Shown here: positions 1-13,869 of the stretch, in pieces
Layout: each line of letters begins with the position of its first letter
How positions within the stretch are numbered: the first letter of the stretch is position 1
NCBI RefSeq assembly: GCF_018350175.1
Contig: NC_058376.1
Span: forward strand, 115,196,001 to 115,260,000
Reading direction: 5' to 3'
Length of the DNA stretch: 64,000 nt
DNA from: Felis catus
Lineage: Eukaryota
Program-made: the position numbers and the translations under genes
Notes under the pieces: generated by a model
What the model saw: the letters and a program-made list of their open reading frames with translations, nothing else
Databases searched by the model: none
Told to the model about the DNA's origin: nothing

Positions 1-438
1 GATCATCAACAAGGCACATCATGGTCAAATTCACAAAATACACAGACAAGAAAAGAGTTATGAAAGCAACAAGGGGAAAAAAAAGTCCTTATCCTATAAG
101 GGACGGCAGATCAGGTTCACAGCAGATCTATCCACAGAAACTTGGCAGGCCAGAAAGGAGAGGCACAGGATATATTCAACATGCTGAATCAGAAAAATAT
201 GCAGCCAAGAATTCTTTATCCAGCAAGGTTTCATTCAAAATAGAAGGAGAGATAAAGAGTTTCTGAGGCAAACAAAAACTAAAGGAGTTTGTGACCACTA
301 AACCAGTCTTGCAAGAAATTTTAGGGGGGACTCTCTGAGGGGAGAAAAGATGAAACAAAACAAAAGAAGGCCAAAAGCAACAAAGACTAGAAAGGACCAA
401 AGAACACCATGAGGAACTCCAACACTACGGGCAACACA

Positions 439-3400
439 ATGGCACTAAATTCATATCTTTCAGTACTCACTGTAAATGTCAATGGGCTAAACACTCCAAT
501 CAAAAGACATAGTGTATCAGAATGGATAAGGAAACAAAATCCATCTATATGCTGTTTACAAGAGACCCATTTTAGACCTAAAGACACCTTCAGGTTGAAA
601 GTAAGGGGATGGAGAACCATCTATCATGCTAATGGTCACCAAAAGAAAGCAGGAGTAGCCATACTTACATCAGACAATGTAGATTTTAAAATAAAGATGT
701 AACAAGAGATGAAGGACATTTATCATAATTAAGGGGTCTCTTCACCATGAAGATCTAACCGTTATAGACATTTATGCCCCCAAACATATAAATCAATCAC
801 AAACATAAACTCATTGATAATAATGCCATAATAGTAGGGGACTTCAACACTCCACTTACAACAAGGGACAGATCATCTAAGTAGAAAACCAACAAGGAAC
901 CAATGGCTTTGAATGAAACTCTGGACCAGATGGACTTAACAGATATATTCAGAACATTTCATCCTAAAGCAGCAGAATAAATATTCTTCTAGAGTGCACA
1001 TGGAGCATTCTCCAGAATAGATCACATACTGGGACACAAATCAGCCCTTAACAAGTATGAAAAGATCAAGATCATACCATGCAATTTTCAGACCACAATG
1101 CTATGAAACTTGAAATCAACCACAAGAAAAAATTTGGAAAGACCATGAATAATTGGAGATTAAAGAACATCCTACTAAGGAATGAATGGGTTAACCAGAA
1201 ATTAAAGAGGAAATGAAAAAGTACATGGAAGCCAATGAAAATGAAAGCACAGCAGCCCCAAACTTCTGGGATGCAGCAAAGGCTGTCATAAGAGGGAAAT
1301 ATATAGCAATCCAGGCCTTCCTAAAGAAGGAAGAAAGGTCTCCGATACATAACCTACAAAAAATCAATGATATTGAAATCAAAAAACAGTAGAACAGATC
1401 AATGAAACCAAGAGCTGGTTCTTTTTTTTTTTTTCAACGTTTATTTATTTTTGGGACAGAGAGAGAGAGACAGAGCATGAATGGGGGAGGGGCAGAGAGA
1501 GAGGGAGACACAGAATCGGAAACAGGCTCCAGGCTCTGAGCCATCAGCCCAGAGCCTGACGCGGGGCTCGAACTCACAGACCGCGAGATCATGACCTGGC
1601 TGAAGTCGGACGCTTAACCGACTGCACCACCCAGGCGCCCCAAGAGCTGGTTCTTTGAAAGAATTAACAAAATTGATAAACCCCTAGCCAGATTGATCAA
1701 AAATAAAAGGAAAGGACCCAAATAAATAAGATAAATAATGAAAGAGGAGAGATAACAACCAACACTGCAGAAATATAAACAATAATAAAAGAATATTATG
1801 AGCAATTATATGCCAATAAATTGGGCAATTTGGAAGAAATGGACAGATTCTTAGAAACATATAAACTATCAAAACTGAAAGAGGAAGAAATAAAAAATTT
1901 GAACAGACCCATAACCAGTAAAGAAATTAAATAAGTAACAAAAAATCTCCCAAAAAACATGAGTCCACGGCTGGATGGCTTCCCAGGGGAATTCTACCAA
2001 ACTTTTAAAGAAGAGTTAACACCTATTCTTTTGAATCTTCTCCAAAAAATAGAAATGGAAGGAAAACTTCTAAACTCATTCTACAAGGCCAGCATTACCT
2101 TGATTCTAAAACCAGAGACCCCACTAAAAAGGGGAACTACAGACCAATTTCCCTGATGAACATGGATGCAAAAATTCTCAACAAAATACTAGCCAATTGG
2201 ATCCAACAATACATTAAAAGAATTATTCACCACAAACAAGTGGGGTTTATACCTGGGATGCAGNNNNNNNNNNNNNNNNNNNNNNNNNNNNNNNNNNNNN
2301 NNNNNNNNNNNNNNNNNNNNNNNNNNNNNNNNNNNNNNNNNNNNNNNNNNNNNNNNNNNNNNNNNNNNNNNNNNNNNNNNNNNNNNNNNNNNNNNCCCTC
2401 AAGAAAGTAGGGATAGAAGGATCATACCTCAAGATCATAAAGGGCATATATGAAAGACCCACCCCTAATATCATCCTCAATGGGGAAAAACTGAGAGCTT
2501 TTTCCCTAAGGTCAGGAACACAACAAGGATGTCCACTCTCAACACTGTTATTCAACATAGTGTTGGAAGTCCTAGCCTCCTCAATCAGATAACACAAAGA
2601 AATAAAAGGCATCCAAATTGGCCAGGAGGAAGTCAAACTGTCACTCTTCACAGACGACATGATACTCTATGTGGAAAACCCAAAAGATTCCACAAAAAAA
2701 CTTCTAGAACAGATCTGTGAATTCAGCAAAGTCACAGGATATAAAATCAATGTACCGAAATCGGTTGCATTTCTATATACCAATAATGAAGCAGCAGAAA
2801 GAGAAATTAAGGAATGTATCCCATTTACAANNNNNNNNNNNNNNNNNNNNNNNNNNNNNNNNNNNNNNNNNNNNNNNNNNNNNNNNNNNNNNNNNNNNNN
2901 NNNNNNNNNNNNNNNNNNNNNNNNNNNNNNNNNNNNNNNNNNNNNNNNNNNNNNNNNNNNNNNNNNNNNNNNNNNNNNNNNNNNNNNNNNNNNNNNNNNN
3001 NNNNNNNNNNNNNNNNNNNNNNNNNNNNNNNNNNNNNNNNNNNNNNNNNNNNNNNNNNNNNNNNCAGAGCTAGAACAAACAATTCTAAAATTTGTATGGA
3101 ACCAGAAAAGACCCCAAATAGCCAAAGCAATCCTGAAAAAGAAACCAAAGCTTGAGGTATCACAATTCCTTACTTCAAGCTGTATTACAAAGCTGTAATC
3201 ATCAAGACATTTGGTATGGCACAAAAACAGACACATAGATTAATGGAACAGAATAGAGAACCAAGGGACTCACAAACATATGGCCAGCTAATCTTTGACA
3301 AAGCAGGAAGGAATATCCTATGGAATAAAGTAAATGGTGCTGGGAAAGCTGGACAGCGACATGCAGAAGAATGAACCTGGACCACTTTCTTACACTATAC

Positions 3401-4340
3401 ACAAAAATAAACTCAAAATAGATGAAAGACCTAAACGTAAGACAGGAAGCCATCAAAATCCCAGAGGGGAGTGCAGACAAAAACCTCTTTGACCTCAGTC
3501 GCAGCAACTGCCTTACCAGAGACAAGGGAAACAAAAGCAAAAATGAACTATTGGGACCTCATCAAGATAAAAAGCTTCTGCACAGCGAAGGAAACAATCA
3601 GCAACACTAAAAGGCAATTGATGGAATGGGAGAAGATATTTGCAAATGACACATCAGATAAAGGGTTAGTATCCAAAATCTATAAAGAACTTAACAAACT
3701 CAACACCCAAAAAACAAATAATCCAGTGAAGGAATGGACAAAAGACATGAATAGAGACTTTTCTAAAGAAGACATCCAGATGGCTAACAGACACATGAAA
3801 AGAAGCTCAACATTGCTCATCATCAGGGAAATACAAATCAAAACCACAATGAGGTACTACCACACATCTGTCAGAATGGTTAAAATGAACAACTTAAGCA
3901 ACAACAGATGTTGGAGAGGATGCAGAGAAAGAAGAACCCCTTTGCACTGCTGGCGGGAATGCAAACTGGTGCAGCCACTCCAGAAAACAATATGGAGGTT
4001 CCTCAAAAAATTAAAAATAGACCCAGATATTGCACTACTAGGTATTTATCTAAAGGATACTGGCTGGTCCTTTAGCACTGGTGTGCTATTTCGAAGGGGC
4101 ACATGCACCCTGATGTTTATAGCACCAGTATCAACAATAGCCAAAGTATGAAAAGAGCCCAAATGCCCATCTACTAATGAATGGGTAAAGAAGATGTGGT
4201 ATTTTTATATACAGTGGAATATTACTTGGCAATGAAAAATGAAATCTTGCCATTTGCAACAATGTGGATGGAACTAGAATGTATTATGCTAAGTGAAATT
4301 CATCAGTCAGAGAAAGACAAATATCATATGACTTTACTCA
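439..4340 (+). pseudogene. Inactivated L1 ORF2 (endonuclease/reverse transcriptase)
   Basis: ORF-track fragments 409-702, 1959-2156, 2156-2410, 2659-3198 and 3471-4151 are consecutive ORF2 pieces in different frames. Confidence 0.93.
1425..1641 (-). mobile_element. Young Can-SINE (SINEC_Fc) inserted in L1 ORF2
   Basis: Reverse complement of GGGGCGCCTGGGTGG...; (CT)n tract and poly(A); 15-bp TSD aagagctggttcttt at 1410-1424 and 1642-1656. Confidence 0.97.
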
Positions 4341-4625
4341 TATGTGGAATTTAAGATACAAACAGATGAACATAAGGGAAGGGAAGCAAAAATAACATAA
4401 AAATAGGGAGGGGGACAAAACACAGGAGACTCTTAAATACAGAGAACAAATTGAGGGTTGTTGGAGGGGTTTTGGATGAGGGGATGGGCTAAATGGGCAA
4501 AGAGCATTAAGGAGGACACTTGTTGGGATGAGCAATGGGTGTTCTATATAAGGGATGAATCACTGGATTGTTTGTTCTCGCTCTGTAAAGAATGCTGGTG
4601 TCATTTTGATAACATTTCAATTTTT

Positions 4626-4661
4626 AACTTTTTAAAAACTTTTTTTAAATGTTAATTTATT

Positions 4662-4710
<49 letters not shown>

Positions 4711-4876
4711 GTTGGGGAGAGACAGAGAGAGAGAGAGGGAGACACAGAATCTGAAGCAGGTTCCATGCTGTGAGCTGTCAACACAGAACCCGATGCAGGG
4801 CTTGAGCTCATGAACCATGAGATCATGGCCTGAGCCAAAGTTGGATGCTTAACCAACTAAGCCATCCAGGCACTCC
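4626..4876 (-). mobile_element. Can-SINE (SINEC_Fc2-like) with expanded (GA)n
   Basis: SINE body; TSD aacatttcaattttt at 4611-4625 and 4877-4891. Confidence 0.95.
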
Positions 4877-5142
4877 AACATTTCAATTTTTTAAATAAGA
4901 AATAACTTCAAAACTAGGGAAAATTTTTAAGAATAGGATAAGGAACTTTTTTTCCTGACACATTTACGAGTAAGTGATACCGTATTACATGATTATTTCA
5001 ATGTGTAATTCTTATAGACAAGAAAATTCTCCTCCATAATCACAAGCAACCCAACCATCAAAATCAGGAAATTAACATAGATGCATTACTACCATCTAAT
5101 CAGACTCCATTCCAGTTTTGCCAGTTGTCTCAATAATGCCCT

Positions 5143-5352
5143 TAAAAAAAAAAGTTTATTTTTGAGAGAGAGGGAGAGAGAGCAAATGCGAGCAGGGAGG
5201 GCCAAGGAGGGAAGGAGACAGAGAATCCCAAGCAGGCTTCATGCTGTCAGCACAGAGTCCGATGCGGGCTTCAAACCCACACTCCATGAGATCATGACCT
5301 GAGCTGAAATCAAGAGTCAGGATCTCAACCAACTGACCCACCCAGGTGCCCC
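5143..5352 (-). mobile_element. Can-SINE (older subfamily)
   Basis: 'gagaatcccaagcaggct...gagatcatgacctgagctgaaatcaagagt...cccaggtgcccc'. Confidence 0.93.
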
Positions 5353-6287
5353 GATAATTGCTCTTTATAGTAAAAGGGTTGAATGTGCAGTCATGTACTG
5401 TGTACAGTTTTCAGATCCCTTTAGCCTTCTTGAGGTGGAACAGTGCCTCAGTCTCGCTGGACTTTCATGTTGAAACTTTTGAAGCTTCTAGTCCAGCTAT
5501 TTTGTGTAATGTCTTTCAGTTTTGTTTCTCTGATGTTTCATCATGGTCAGGCTCATATGTATTTTGATAGGAGTATCACAGAAGTAATACCATATTCTTC
5601 TCATTGCATCTTATCGGGTAGCAAGTGGTTTTGATTTGTCCTGTTATTAGTGAATCATGATCATGATTAAGGTGGTATCTATCAGGATTTTCCACTGTTA
5701 AGGTACTGTTTATCTCTTTGTAATTAATAGGGATTTTGAGGAGAAATACTTTGAAACTATATACATACCCCATTCTTCATTAAACTTCCACCCAGTAGCT
5801 TTAGCCATTGATGTTTCTTGGCTGAATTAATTATTACTCTGATGGTTATGAAATTGTAGCTTGCTGATTTGTTTATTCTATCTCCATTTATTCATTGGAT
5901 GTCTACTGTAAGGAAAAGCTTTATTTTTTTCCACATTTAGATATTCAATTATTTATAGCAGTATAGACTCATGAATTCTTATTTTATTCTGTGGACTATA
6001 ATCCACTGCAATAATTCTTTATTTTGATGTCAAAATTGTCCAAAATTTGGCTAGGAATTTCTTTACACTGATGTCTCTGTCTTTGTTATTTCCCCATGAT
6101 TCTTTGAGCCTTTTCTTACTTTCTGTCCTAAAGATGTTCCAGACTCACCTTATACTGTTTTTTGCCATTATCCTTGAAGCAGCCATTTTTCCAAGGAACC
6201 CTGGCTCCTTTCAGTGGAGAGTGGTTATTTAGAAACTAAGATCTGAGTGTTAGGTATAATCATTGCCACTATTCCCAAGTTCTATTA

Positions 6288-6290
<3 letters not shown>

Positions 6291-6330
<40 letters not shown>
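6291..6330. repeat. (TC)n microsatellite
   Basis: About 20 TC units. Confidence 0.95.
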
Positions 6331-6335
<5 letters not shown>

Positions 6336-7356
6336 TCATTCTCTGTCTTTCCATGTACATAAATCAACATACGTATACATACTTCTATATTTACTTCCCA
6401 AATTGTCTATATTGACACCAAAGAGTTTCACTGATACCTTCATTTTCAATACATTTTATTTTATTCTCTTTCCGCATTTGCCACTACATTCTCCAACAGT
6501 GAGGAAACGGACTCCCATTATCCTCAATATATTTATTTATTGCACCAGTCTTACCTGTATGTAGCCCATTTCTCATTGTAACTGTGCTCTCCACTCAGTG
6601 ACCTTTCACAGACACCCATTTGCTCAGCTGCACTGACTTTTGAACTGAAACATTAGCACTTAAAAAAATTACATTCATCATATATTTTTATTCCTAGAAT
6701 CTCTTTTAAAAAAATCTCTTAAAAAATCTGTGTGTGTGTGCATTTAGTTTATTTAAAGAAGGGATTCTTGGGAATGGGTGTGGGGGCACTGGGGAGACCA
6801 ACAGGCAGAATGGGCAAGCCAATCAGAATGAATCATCTGTTTTTGACAGTTTCTATTGTTTTCTCTATTTCTTTGATCATTTGAAACTTACTTTCATATT
6901 GATTTGCAAGTTTATTATGGACTATTGTCATCTGTTCTTAGGGTTCAGATTATCCCATTAGTTGCATCTACCCATTCTGCTTCAGCGTAGCTCATTTCTG
7001 TTTAGGGCTTATCATTTTTACTGTCAGCAGTTCTTTAATACATTTTGTTCACACAGAAGTCCTAGTGTCCTGGGTTGTGGACTTGTTCCTGTGGAGTCAT
7101 TCCTATGGAATGATTTTGTATTTGTCTCTTCCAAGAATTTATGAGTTTTACAGGTTGGGACAAAGTATTCTAGTTATTTCTCATATTGGGATTTCCATAC
7201 CCTGAGAATATGACCCTCATACCCATGAGTGACACAGCTTTGGTGTTCTGCTTTCCTGCCAGTGGTTCCTTTTCACCCTTATTCTACATGCATGACAAAC
7301 TTCCTTATAGCTCTCTGAGGCTGGCAGGCAGAACTTGTAGAATAGAAAGCACAGCT

Positions 7357-7458
7357 GGGGTGGCTGGGTGGCTCAGTGGTTAAGCATCCTACTCTTGATT
7401 TCAGCTCAGGTCATGATCTCATCATGGTTGGTGAGATCGAGCTCTGCACTGACAGCAT
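7357..7458 (+). mobile_element. Can-SINE 5' part (remainder in N-gap)
   Basis: 'ggggtggctgggtggctcagtggttaagcatcctactcttgatttcagctcaggtcatgatctc'. Confidence 0.88.
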
Positions 7459-8237
7459 NNNNNNNNNNNNNNNNNNNNNNNNNNNNNNNNNNNNNNNNNN
7501 NNNNNNNNNNNNNNNNNNNNNNNNNNNNNNNNNNNNNNNNNNNNNNNNNNNNNNNNNNNNNNNNNNNNNNNNNNNNNNNNNNNNNNNNNNTCCTGGTTTT
7601 ATGCAAAGCTTAGTTCTGACTCTTGTGGGTTTGACTTCTCCTCTCCTATCTCCTAACATGTTAAATTCCAGCTTCCAGCCCCTATAGCCTATATCTGATT
7701 CTGATACCCCTGGTGAGTGGTTTCATCTCCTCTTTATTCTTAGTAGTTTTAGTTTTCTCTTTGGTTCTGGCACCTAGGAATTTTCCTATCTTGTACACTT
7801 GACTATGTATTAAAATAGCTTTATATTTTGATTTTTTGTTATGTATTAGTACACATTTTAATGTTTTGAGTAGGGAAGTCTGTATTGTTTTCAGTAATGA
7901 AATATTATAAATGGCTGTAAAATGTTTAACAGTAGTGGACTACTGAAATAAATTATAATGTAGTTGTAAGATGAACTAATGCATAACTTACAAATAATGT
8001 AGTTGAAATACAATAAAGTAGATAGGAAATGCTTATAATATTAGGTTAGGAAGCATGATATAAAATTATAGGATGTTAATTATGTAAAACAATAAAAATG
8101 TGTAAGACAAATATGAATAAGAACATACTAGAATGTTAGTATGGTTTTTGGGATTTTTATTGAATTAACTTTATTTTACGTAGAAATAACAGAAAAGTAA
8201 CTTTGACAAACATTCCTAAAAATTCCATAGAATTCCT

Positions 8238-8256
8238 TAATAATAATAATAATAAT

Positions 8257-8288
<32 letters not shown>

Positions 8289-8297
8289 CGACAACAA
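8238..8297. repeat. Compound (AAT)n(AAC)n microsatellite
   Basis: Read directly from the sequence. Confidence 0.95.
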
Positions 8298-9930
8298 TAC
8301 TGGTGGTACTTTATGACTCTAATATTAGCTAATCATCTGGATATTGGTTAAAATAAAATACTCTGATGTTGAGAACTAGGGAAAACTAAGCAATTAAAAT
8401 TGTGATTTCGGAACTAACTGATTTTATTCTTTCAGTTTTGATATTACTTTAAAAATAAAGAAATGCAAAGAGTATTCAAGGACTGTGAAGACTTTATGTC
8501 TTGACTGGCTATACCTTAAAAGTAAAAATAGTTTTTAGGAGGTTTAATTGAATGATTTTCCCTATACATCTGGGATTGAATAAAAAGTTTTGAAAATGAG
8601 GAAAGTACTTTGATTTCCAACCATTGTAAACATTCTCAAAGGTATTTTGCTGTTTGAATTAGAATTGAATATTAATAAGAAATAACCTTCATATGATTAT
8701 CTAAATTAAGTGTAAATAAAAGTCTGTAACTTAGCCAATCTTTTGTTTTCCTTAGTGCCCCAAGGACTAAAATTTGAATTTTATACTCACTAAAATAATA
8801 AATACTACTAATTATCAGTTCATAGAATAGTATATATATTTGTATTCAAGCAGATTTTTATAGTTACCAATAAAAAATAATGCATTTTAAAATCTGGCTG
8901 TGTATATAATTAAAATCTGGTTAACTGAGGTCCGGTTAGTGGTTTCATCTTAGGGTACCTTGAAATATATGCAGTTTTGAGTTGTGTAGTTGCAAGAAAA
9001 AGATCCAAACTGAGCCAAACCAAAATATGCATCTGCATGTATCCCAGATGCAGACTTTATAATAAAGTTGTTGTTTCAGGCACTTTACCATCATTAGACC
9101 ATTTGATGTGCTTTTATGCCTGTTTAACTCTTCACCCCATTATTTTGTCTGGAAATGCTCACAACTATAAGTTATATTTCTAATCGTTGTGTTCTTTTGA
9201 ATTGGCTACATCTCTATCATTACTTGCAACTGGTTTTCCAATGACTTTTTCTGCCTTCTATTTCAAATCATTCTTCTCATCAATGTTTCTTCCGTCTCCA
9301 CTGTTGTTGTTTTGATGCTTTCCCATCCTTTCTCATTCCTAGAAAATTATAGAATTTTTACACGTTGGGGAAACCAGCGAGGTTGCTTGGTCCAGTAGCC
9401 TTGAGGCTGAGAGGCCACTATCTCAGATCACCTGTGCCCTGCTGGCACACCTGTACCCTTGGAAGTGGCATGCCAATTGGGCAGCCTTGCATTATTCTAT
9501 CTTGTCTCTGTTTCATTAGGATTTCATCTATAGGGTCTGAAATTCTCATATACTTCAGCCCTTTTTGCATTTATTAAAACTTTTGAGTGAGTGAACCAAC
9601 ACTTAAAATGTATAAAATTATTTGATTAAGTACTGAAATCCTCAAATGCGTATAGCTCTTAAGAATGGTCACAGCCTGCATGTCACTAGTCCTCATCCAT
9701 GTTTATAGGTAAATAAGTGTGGCTTTCCTGCAGTCTCTGGGTGCTTGTGGGTGAATTGTCTTGAGTAGTTAGGGGGAAAATATTGTCAACTGAATCTTGA
9801 GATCTTGAGGAAATTTATGTACAATTTTATAAATATGCACACAGGTGCTGATTTTATATAATTATATTCTACTGTCCTCTCCTTCCATTCCTTTCTCTCC
9901 TTTTCTCTTCCTTTCCTCTTTCTCTTCTTA

Positions 9931-10160
9931 TTTAAAAAAATTTTTTTTTCTAACATGTATTCATTTTTGAGAGTCGGAGAGAGACAGCATGAGTTAGAGG
10001 GGTGAGGAGTGCAGAGAGAGTGAGACAAAGAATCGGAAGCAGGTTCCAGGCTCTGAGCTGTTAGCACAGTGACCAATGTGGGGCTTGAACTCACTGACCT
10101 AGAGATTATGACCTGAGCTGAAGTTAGATGCTTAACCAACTGACCCACCCAGGTGGCCCA
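9931..10160 (-). mobile_element. Can-SINE
   Basis: SINE body; near-perfect TSD tcctctttct(c/t)ttctta on both sides. Confidence 0.94.
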
Positions 10161-11269
10161 TCCTCTTTCTTTTCTTAAATCTAGTCCTTTGAGCAATTTA
10201 AGGTTATTAGGAATTTATCCCTTATTTTTTGAATTTTGTCTTACATATAGGAGTTAATTTACTTATTTTAAGGAAAGAACTGTGTTCAGGAACAATTCCC
10301 TGGAGAAAATAGTCTCAAAACCATATTATTTGAGAAAGGGATAGTACTCTTTAATCTTGAATTGGTGTGAAATAAAGAAAAAAGACTCTTTTAAGGGGAG
10401 GCAGGAAGAAGTTAAACGTTTACCAAGCAACTCATTTTATGTTAGGCACTACCTTAGCCTTTCATATATATAATATTGAACCATATATGTTATATATAGG
10501 CTCTTCTCTTCACATTATTATATAAGATAAATTGTTATATGCAAATAACACTTTCTATTTTTGCCTTTGCTGCCAAAATGGAGCCAATAAACAAGTACAA
10601 TTATGATCTTTTCTTTAGTCTCCCGATGATCTCTTACCTTCCTCTATGTGGTTCTTATTTATCTCTTTATCTTTAGTGTTCTAGTTCATCTGTCTTTTTT
10701 GTATGTTCTTTCTTTCAAATCCTTTTTCTGAATAAACAAGCATGTATCAATAAAATAAGGATTGGGGTAGATGATTGTGAAGGTACCTTTGGACCAGGAG
10801 TATTCTGTTCCTTTTTAGTGAGAGTAAAAAAAGTTACCAGATATTCAAAATTCTCATCTTCATCTTTCAAATTGAGGGTGATTTCTCCAGTTCCTTATAT
10901 CTGAATCAAAATACCTACCAAATTTCTGTTCCTGTGAGATAATTTCACTTCAACCTAGAGAACATCTAATTTAAGATTTTGGCATATAATGAGCATTTCA
11001 CAAATTCCAAGATCTGTGGGCGCATTTTCTTCTGAAGGAAAAATATAGTAATTTGTAAGAAATAATGCTAGATACAATTTGATAAAGGAAAAAAAAGTCT
11101 TAGAGAAGATCTTTGTTCCTTGCAATGTTTTTGTTCCATCTTAAAAAAACCTGTGCATACCCTGGCTGTGAAATAAGATCTTGGGAAATAAATTATTTCT
11201 TTTTGGGTAAAAGCAATAAATTATAAATGTGGAGAGAACAATAGACTGAGTGAGGCACAGGGAATAATC

Positions 11270-11920
11270 TGAGGTGTTTGGAAGAACATGGACTTTGGAG
11301 ATAGAAATATATGGGTTCAAATCCCAAATTCCCAGTTTACTGGCTACCTGGCTTCATGTAATTTCCATAACTATTGACTCTGATTTTCTTATCTATGAAA
11401 AAAAGAAAATAATACTCATTTGGTTGGGTTGTTCTGAGACATCAAGTACCTACTTCTGTGCCTGGCATCTGGTAGGCGCCCTGTAAATAGTACCTGTTAT
11501 TATTAATAATCAACAAAGCCCTGGTTTAAGTTCTGGTCTTGGTGCTATGTGATCTTGGGCAAATCATTTTGTTTCCCTAATGAAGTTTATAATTCTTGGC
11601 CATATCTCCCAGGGAGAATGTTGTATGATGAATGTTGAGAATCATGGCTCTGTCTGGTACATCCATCTTTAGTTATGGTCAAGAACACCTTGGATGAAAC
11701 TTGAAGCTTGGCTGTCTGGATTTGAATTTGAACCTTGATGCTCACCAGTCATTTGACCTTGGGCAAAACTGTTGGTTAACTTGTTGGGTCTCAGTGTTCA
11801 CATTTGTGTTATGAGGATGACAATAGCACCTATTCCACAGATTGTTGTAGGAAATATATAAGTTAATGTATGAAAACAGCTGGCATATTATAAATACTTA
11901 GTAAATATTAGGTATTAGTG
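11270..11920 (+). mobile_element. Cluster of degenerate MIR SINE fragments
   Basis: 'gggttcaaatccca', 'tgaccttgggcaa', 'ctcagtgttcacatttgt...gttgtaggaaat'. Confidence 0.65.
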
Positions 11921-12389
11921 ATATTTGGGTCATTTTCAGAATAATATTAATGCTGATATTGAAATGAATCACAAAGAAGTATGGTTTAGAGGAGGGGGGC
12001 ATGAGCTTTGGCATGAGACACAGTACAGTTCAAGTTTTTACTGTTTTCCAACCTTTCAGAGTTTCAGTCTTTTAAATGTAAATACTATTATTCACCTCTT
12101 ATGGCAGTTGTGAAGGTTAAGTAACCTCTTGACTTCTTATTATTAGTGGCGAGAAACTTAGTAGGGGGTAATTCCATTTTCCTGGTACTGGAAGAGTGCA
12201 ATGGGGATAGTAAATCAACTAGGAACTCATGGTGACGGGGGCTGTTTATAACCCAGGATTGATCTTTAAGCTCCATAAGACCACCCAGGGCTGGACATTT
12301 TATTCTCCCATTTTCTCAAGTTGAGGAACCAGGAAGATACTCTCTTTTGAATTTCCCCTCTGGCACTCTTGCTTGAAACAGACAGCTAT

Positions 12390-12600
12390 CATTGATATTA
12401 CTAACATTTACTGAGGGCCTGATACCTACCACGTTCTTTGCTACACATTACTTCGCTCTACCTTTCTGATAACTCTGAGGTTGAGCCAGTATTTCTGTTT
12501 GACAGATGATTAAATTGAGGCTCAGAGAGATGAAGTGACTTGCTTTAAGAGTACATGACTCATGGCAATTGAACAAAGACTTAAATGACCCATTCCGCTG
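12390..12600 (-). mobile_element. MIR
   Basis: 'acagatga...aaattgaggctcagagagatgaagtgacttgc'. Confidence 0.7.
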
Positions 12601-13355
12601 CACCCAGAGTCCTCCCTGTGAACCAAACATGAACCTCTCACTGTACCTGTGGGAAGACTGTGTCCATCAGTTGAGCCTGCCAGGATAGAAAAATGGAACT
12701 CTGGCAATCCACTCTAGCTTGAAGTACACAAAATTGCCCTTTAAGCTTGGAATCTAGACAGCAGGTTTGCAGAGGCAGACCCTTGATCTGGTAACATTTT
12801 TTACCTTGACCTATTTCAATCTGTTCCCATCTGGTTCTGGAATAGAACTAATGGCAAGAGTAATCTCCATGGGGGCTGCATGCCTCTGTGGTAACCAAAC
12901 CAATGGCTGATGAGATAGTGGAAATAGAGGTTACAAATTCTTGATTTATACAGTCAGATGTCTTCCCTTTAGGATAATTCTGTTAAGTTTTACCATAATA
13001 TACTGTTGATACTGTTTTCCGAAGCAAAACTTGCATTTTGTGCATGTGTATTGGTTAACTGATTCTTTATCTGCTCAATTTGCATACTGGCATTTTTATG
13101 TGTAATAGACATGACTGGCATACTCAAGAATACTCACGCAATTTCATAATATGGGATTATGATAATAACACAAATGGTAGACCTTTTTTGGCTATGCACA
13201 GAGTTTTGCAAATAGTGACTTAGGAAAACGTGTGACTTTCAATGACTTATTATTGGTTGAGACATCTTCCACAGAAATATTAGAGTAGAATATTGGTGAT
13301 TTATCTTATGTTTTCTGATCTACAGATTCCTGAATGCATATTTGTGATATTATTT

Positions 13356-13574
13356 TTTTTAAATACAGTTTTATTTATTTTAGGAAAGAGAGAGAATGAG
13401 AATGGGGAAGGGGCAGAGAAAGAGAAAGGGAGAGAGAGAATCCCAAGCAGGCTCCATGCTGTCTGCATGGAGCCCAACATGGGGCTCAGGGCTCAATCCC
13501 ACAAACTGCGAGATCACGACCTAAGCTGAAACCAAGAGTCACATGCTTAACTGACTGAGCCACCCAGGTGCCCC
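13356..13574 (-). mobile_element. Can-SINE
   Basis: SINE body; TSD tgtgatattattt at 13343-13355 and 13575-13587. Confidence 0.95.
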
Positions 13575-13869
13575 TGTGATATTATTTCTTAATAAGACTA
13601 TAGGTATATTCATGTGTACTAAGACAGGCATAATGAGGAATGCATTTATGAGACAGGTTTACCTTATGTCCCATTACTGGATTCCTTGAAGTATACTCTA
13701 AATTCATGTGTTCATAGTTTATGTCATTATTTTGTGAATAATGTAATTACTGCATTTCCTTGTTCTTGTAAGGATTCATTTACTAAATATAATGCTTTAA
13801 AATATACCACAAACAAAAAGTCTGGTTTGGCATTTTTAAATTTCAAAAATTAGGTGTCCTGGATTCCTG

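Larger units (their letters stand above)
1..4569 (+). mobile_element. Degenerate carnivore LINE-1 (3' part of ORF1, ORF2, 3'UTR), interrupted by a SINE and two gaps; no poly(A) tail
   Basis: ORF1 C-terminal remnants (1-~338); ORF2 endonuclease start 'MALNSYLSVLTVNVNGLNTPIKR' (439+); RT pieces '[18 protein letters not shown]', '[14 protein letters not shown]', '[12 protein letters not shown]'; C-terminal '[12 protein letters not shown]'. Many stops and frameshifts. Confidence 0.97.
4920..6560 (-). mobile_element. Ancient L1M (L1MC-like) 3' end fragment, interrupted by a SINE
   Basis: Motifs such as 'ttccactgttaaggtact...tttgtaattaata...gagaaatactttgaaactat' resemble antisense L1MC 3'UTR (recalled consensus). 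Confidence 0.65.

Noticed and set aside
3471-4151. 226-aa ORF
   Set aside because: C-terminal fragment of a dead L1 ORF2, not a host gene.
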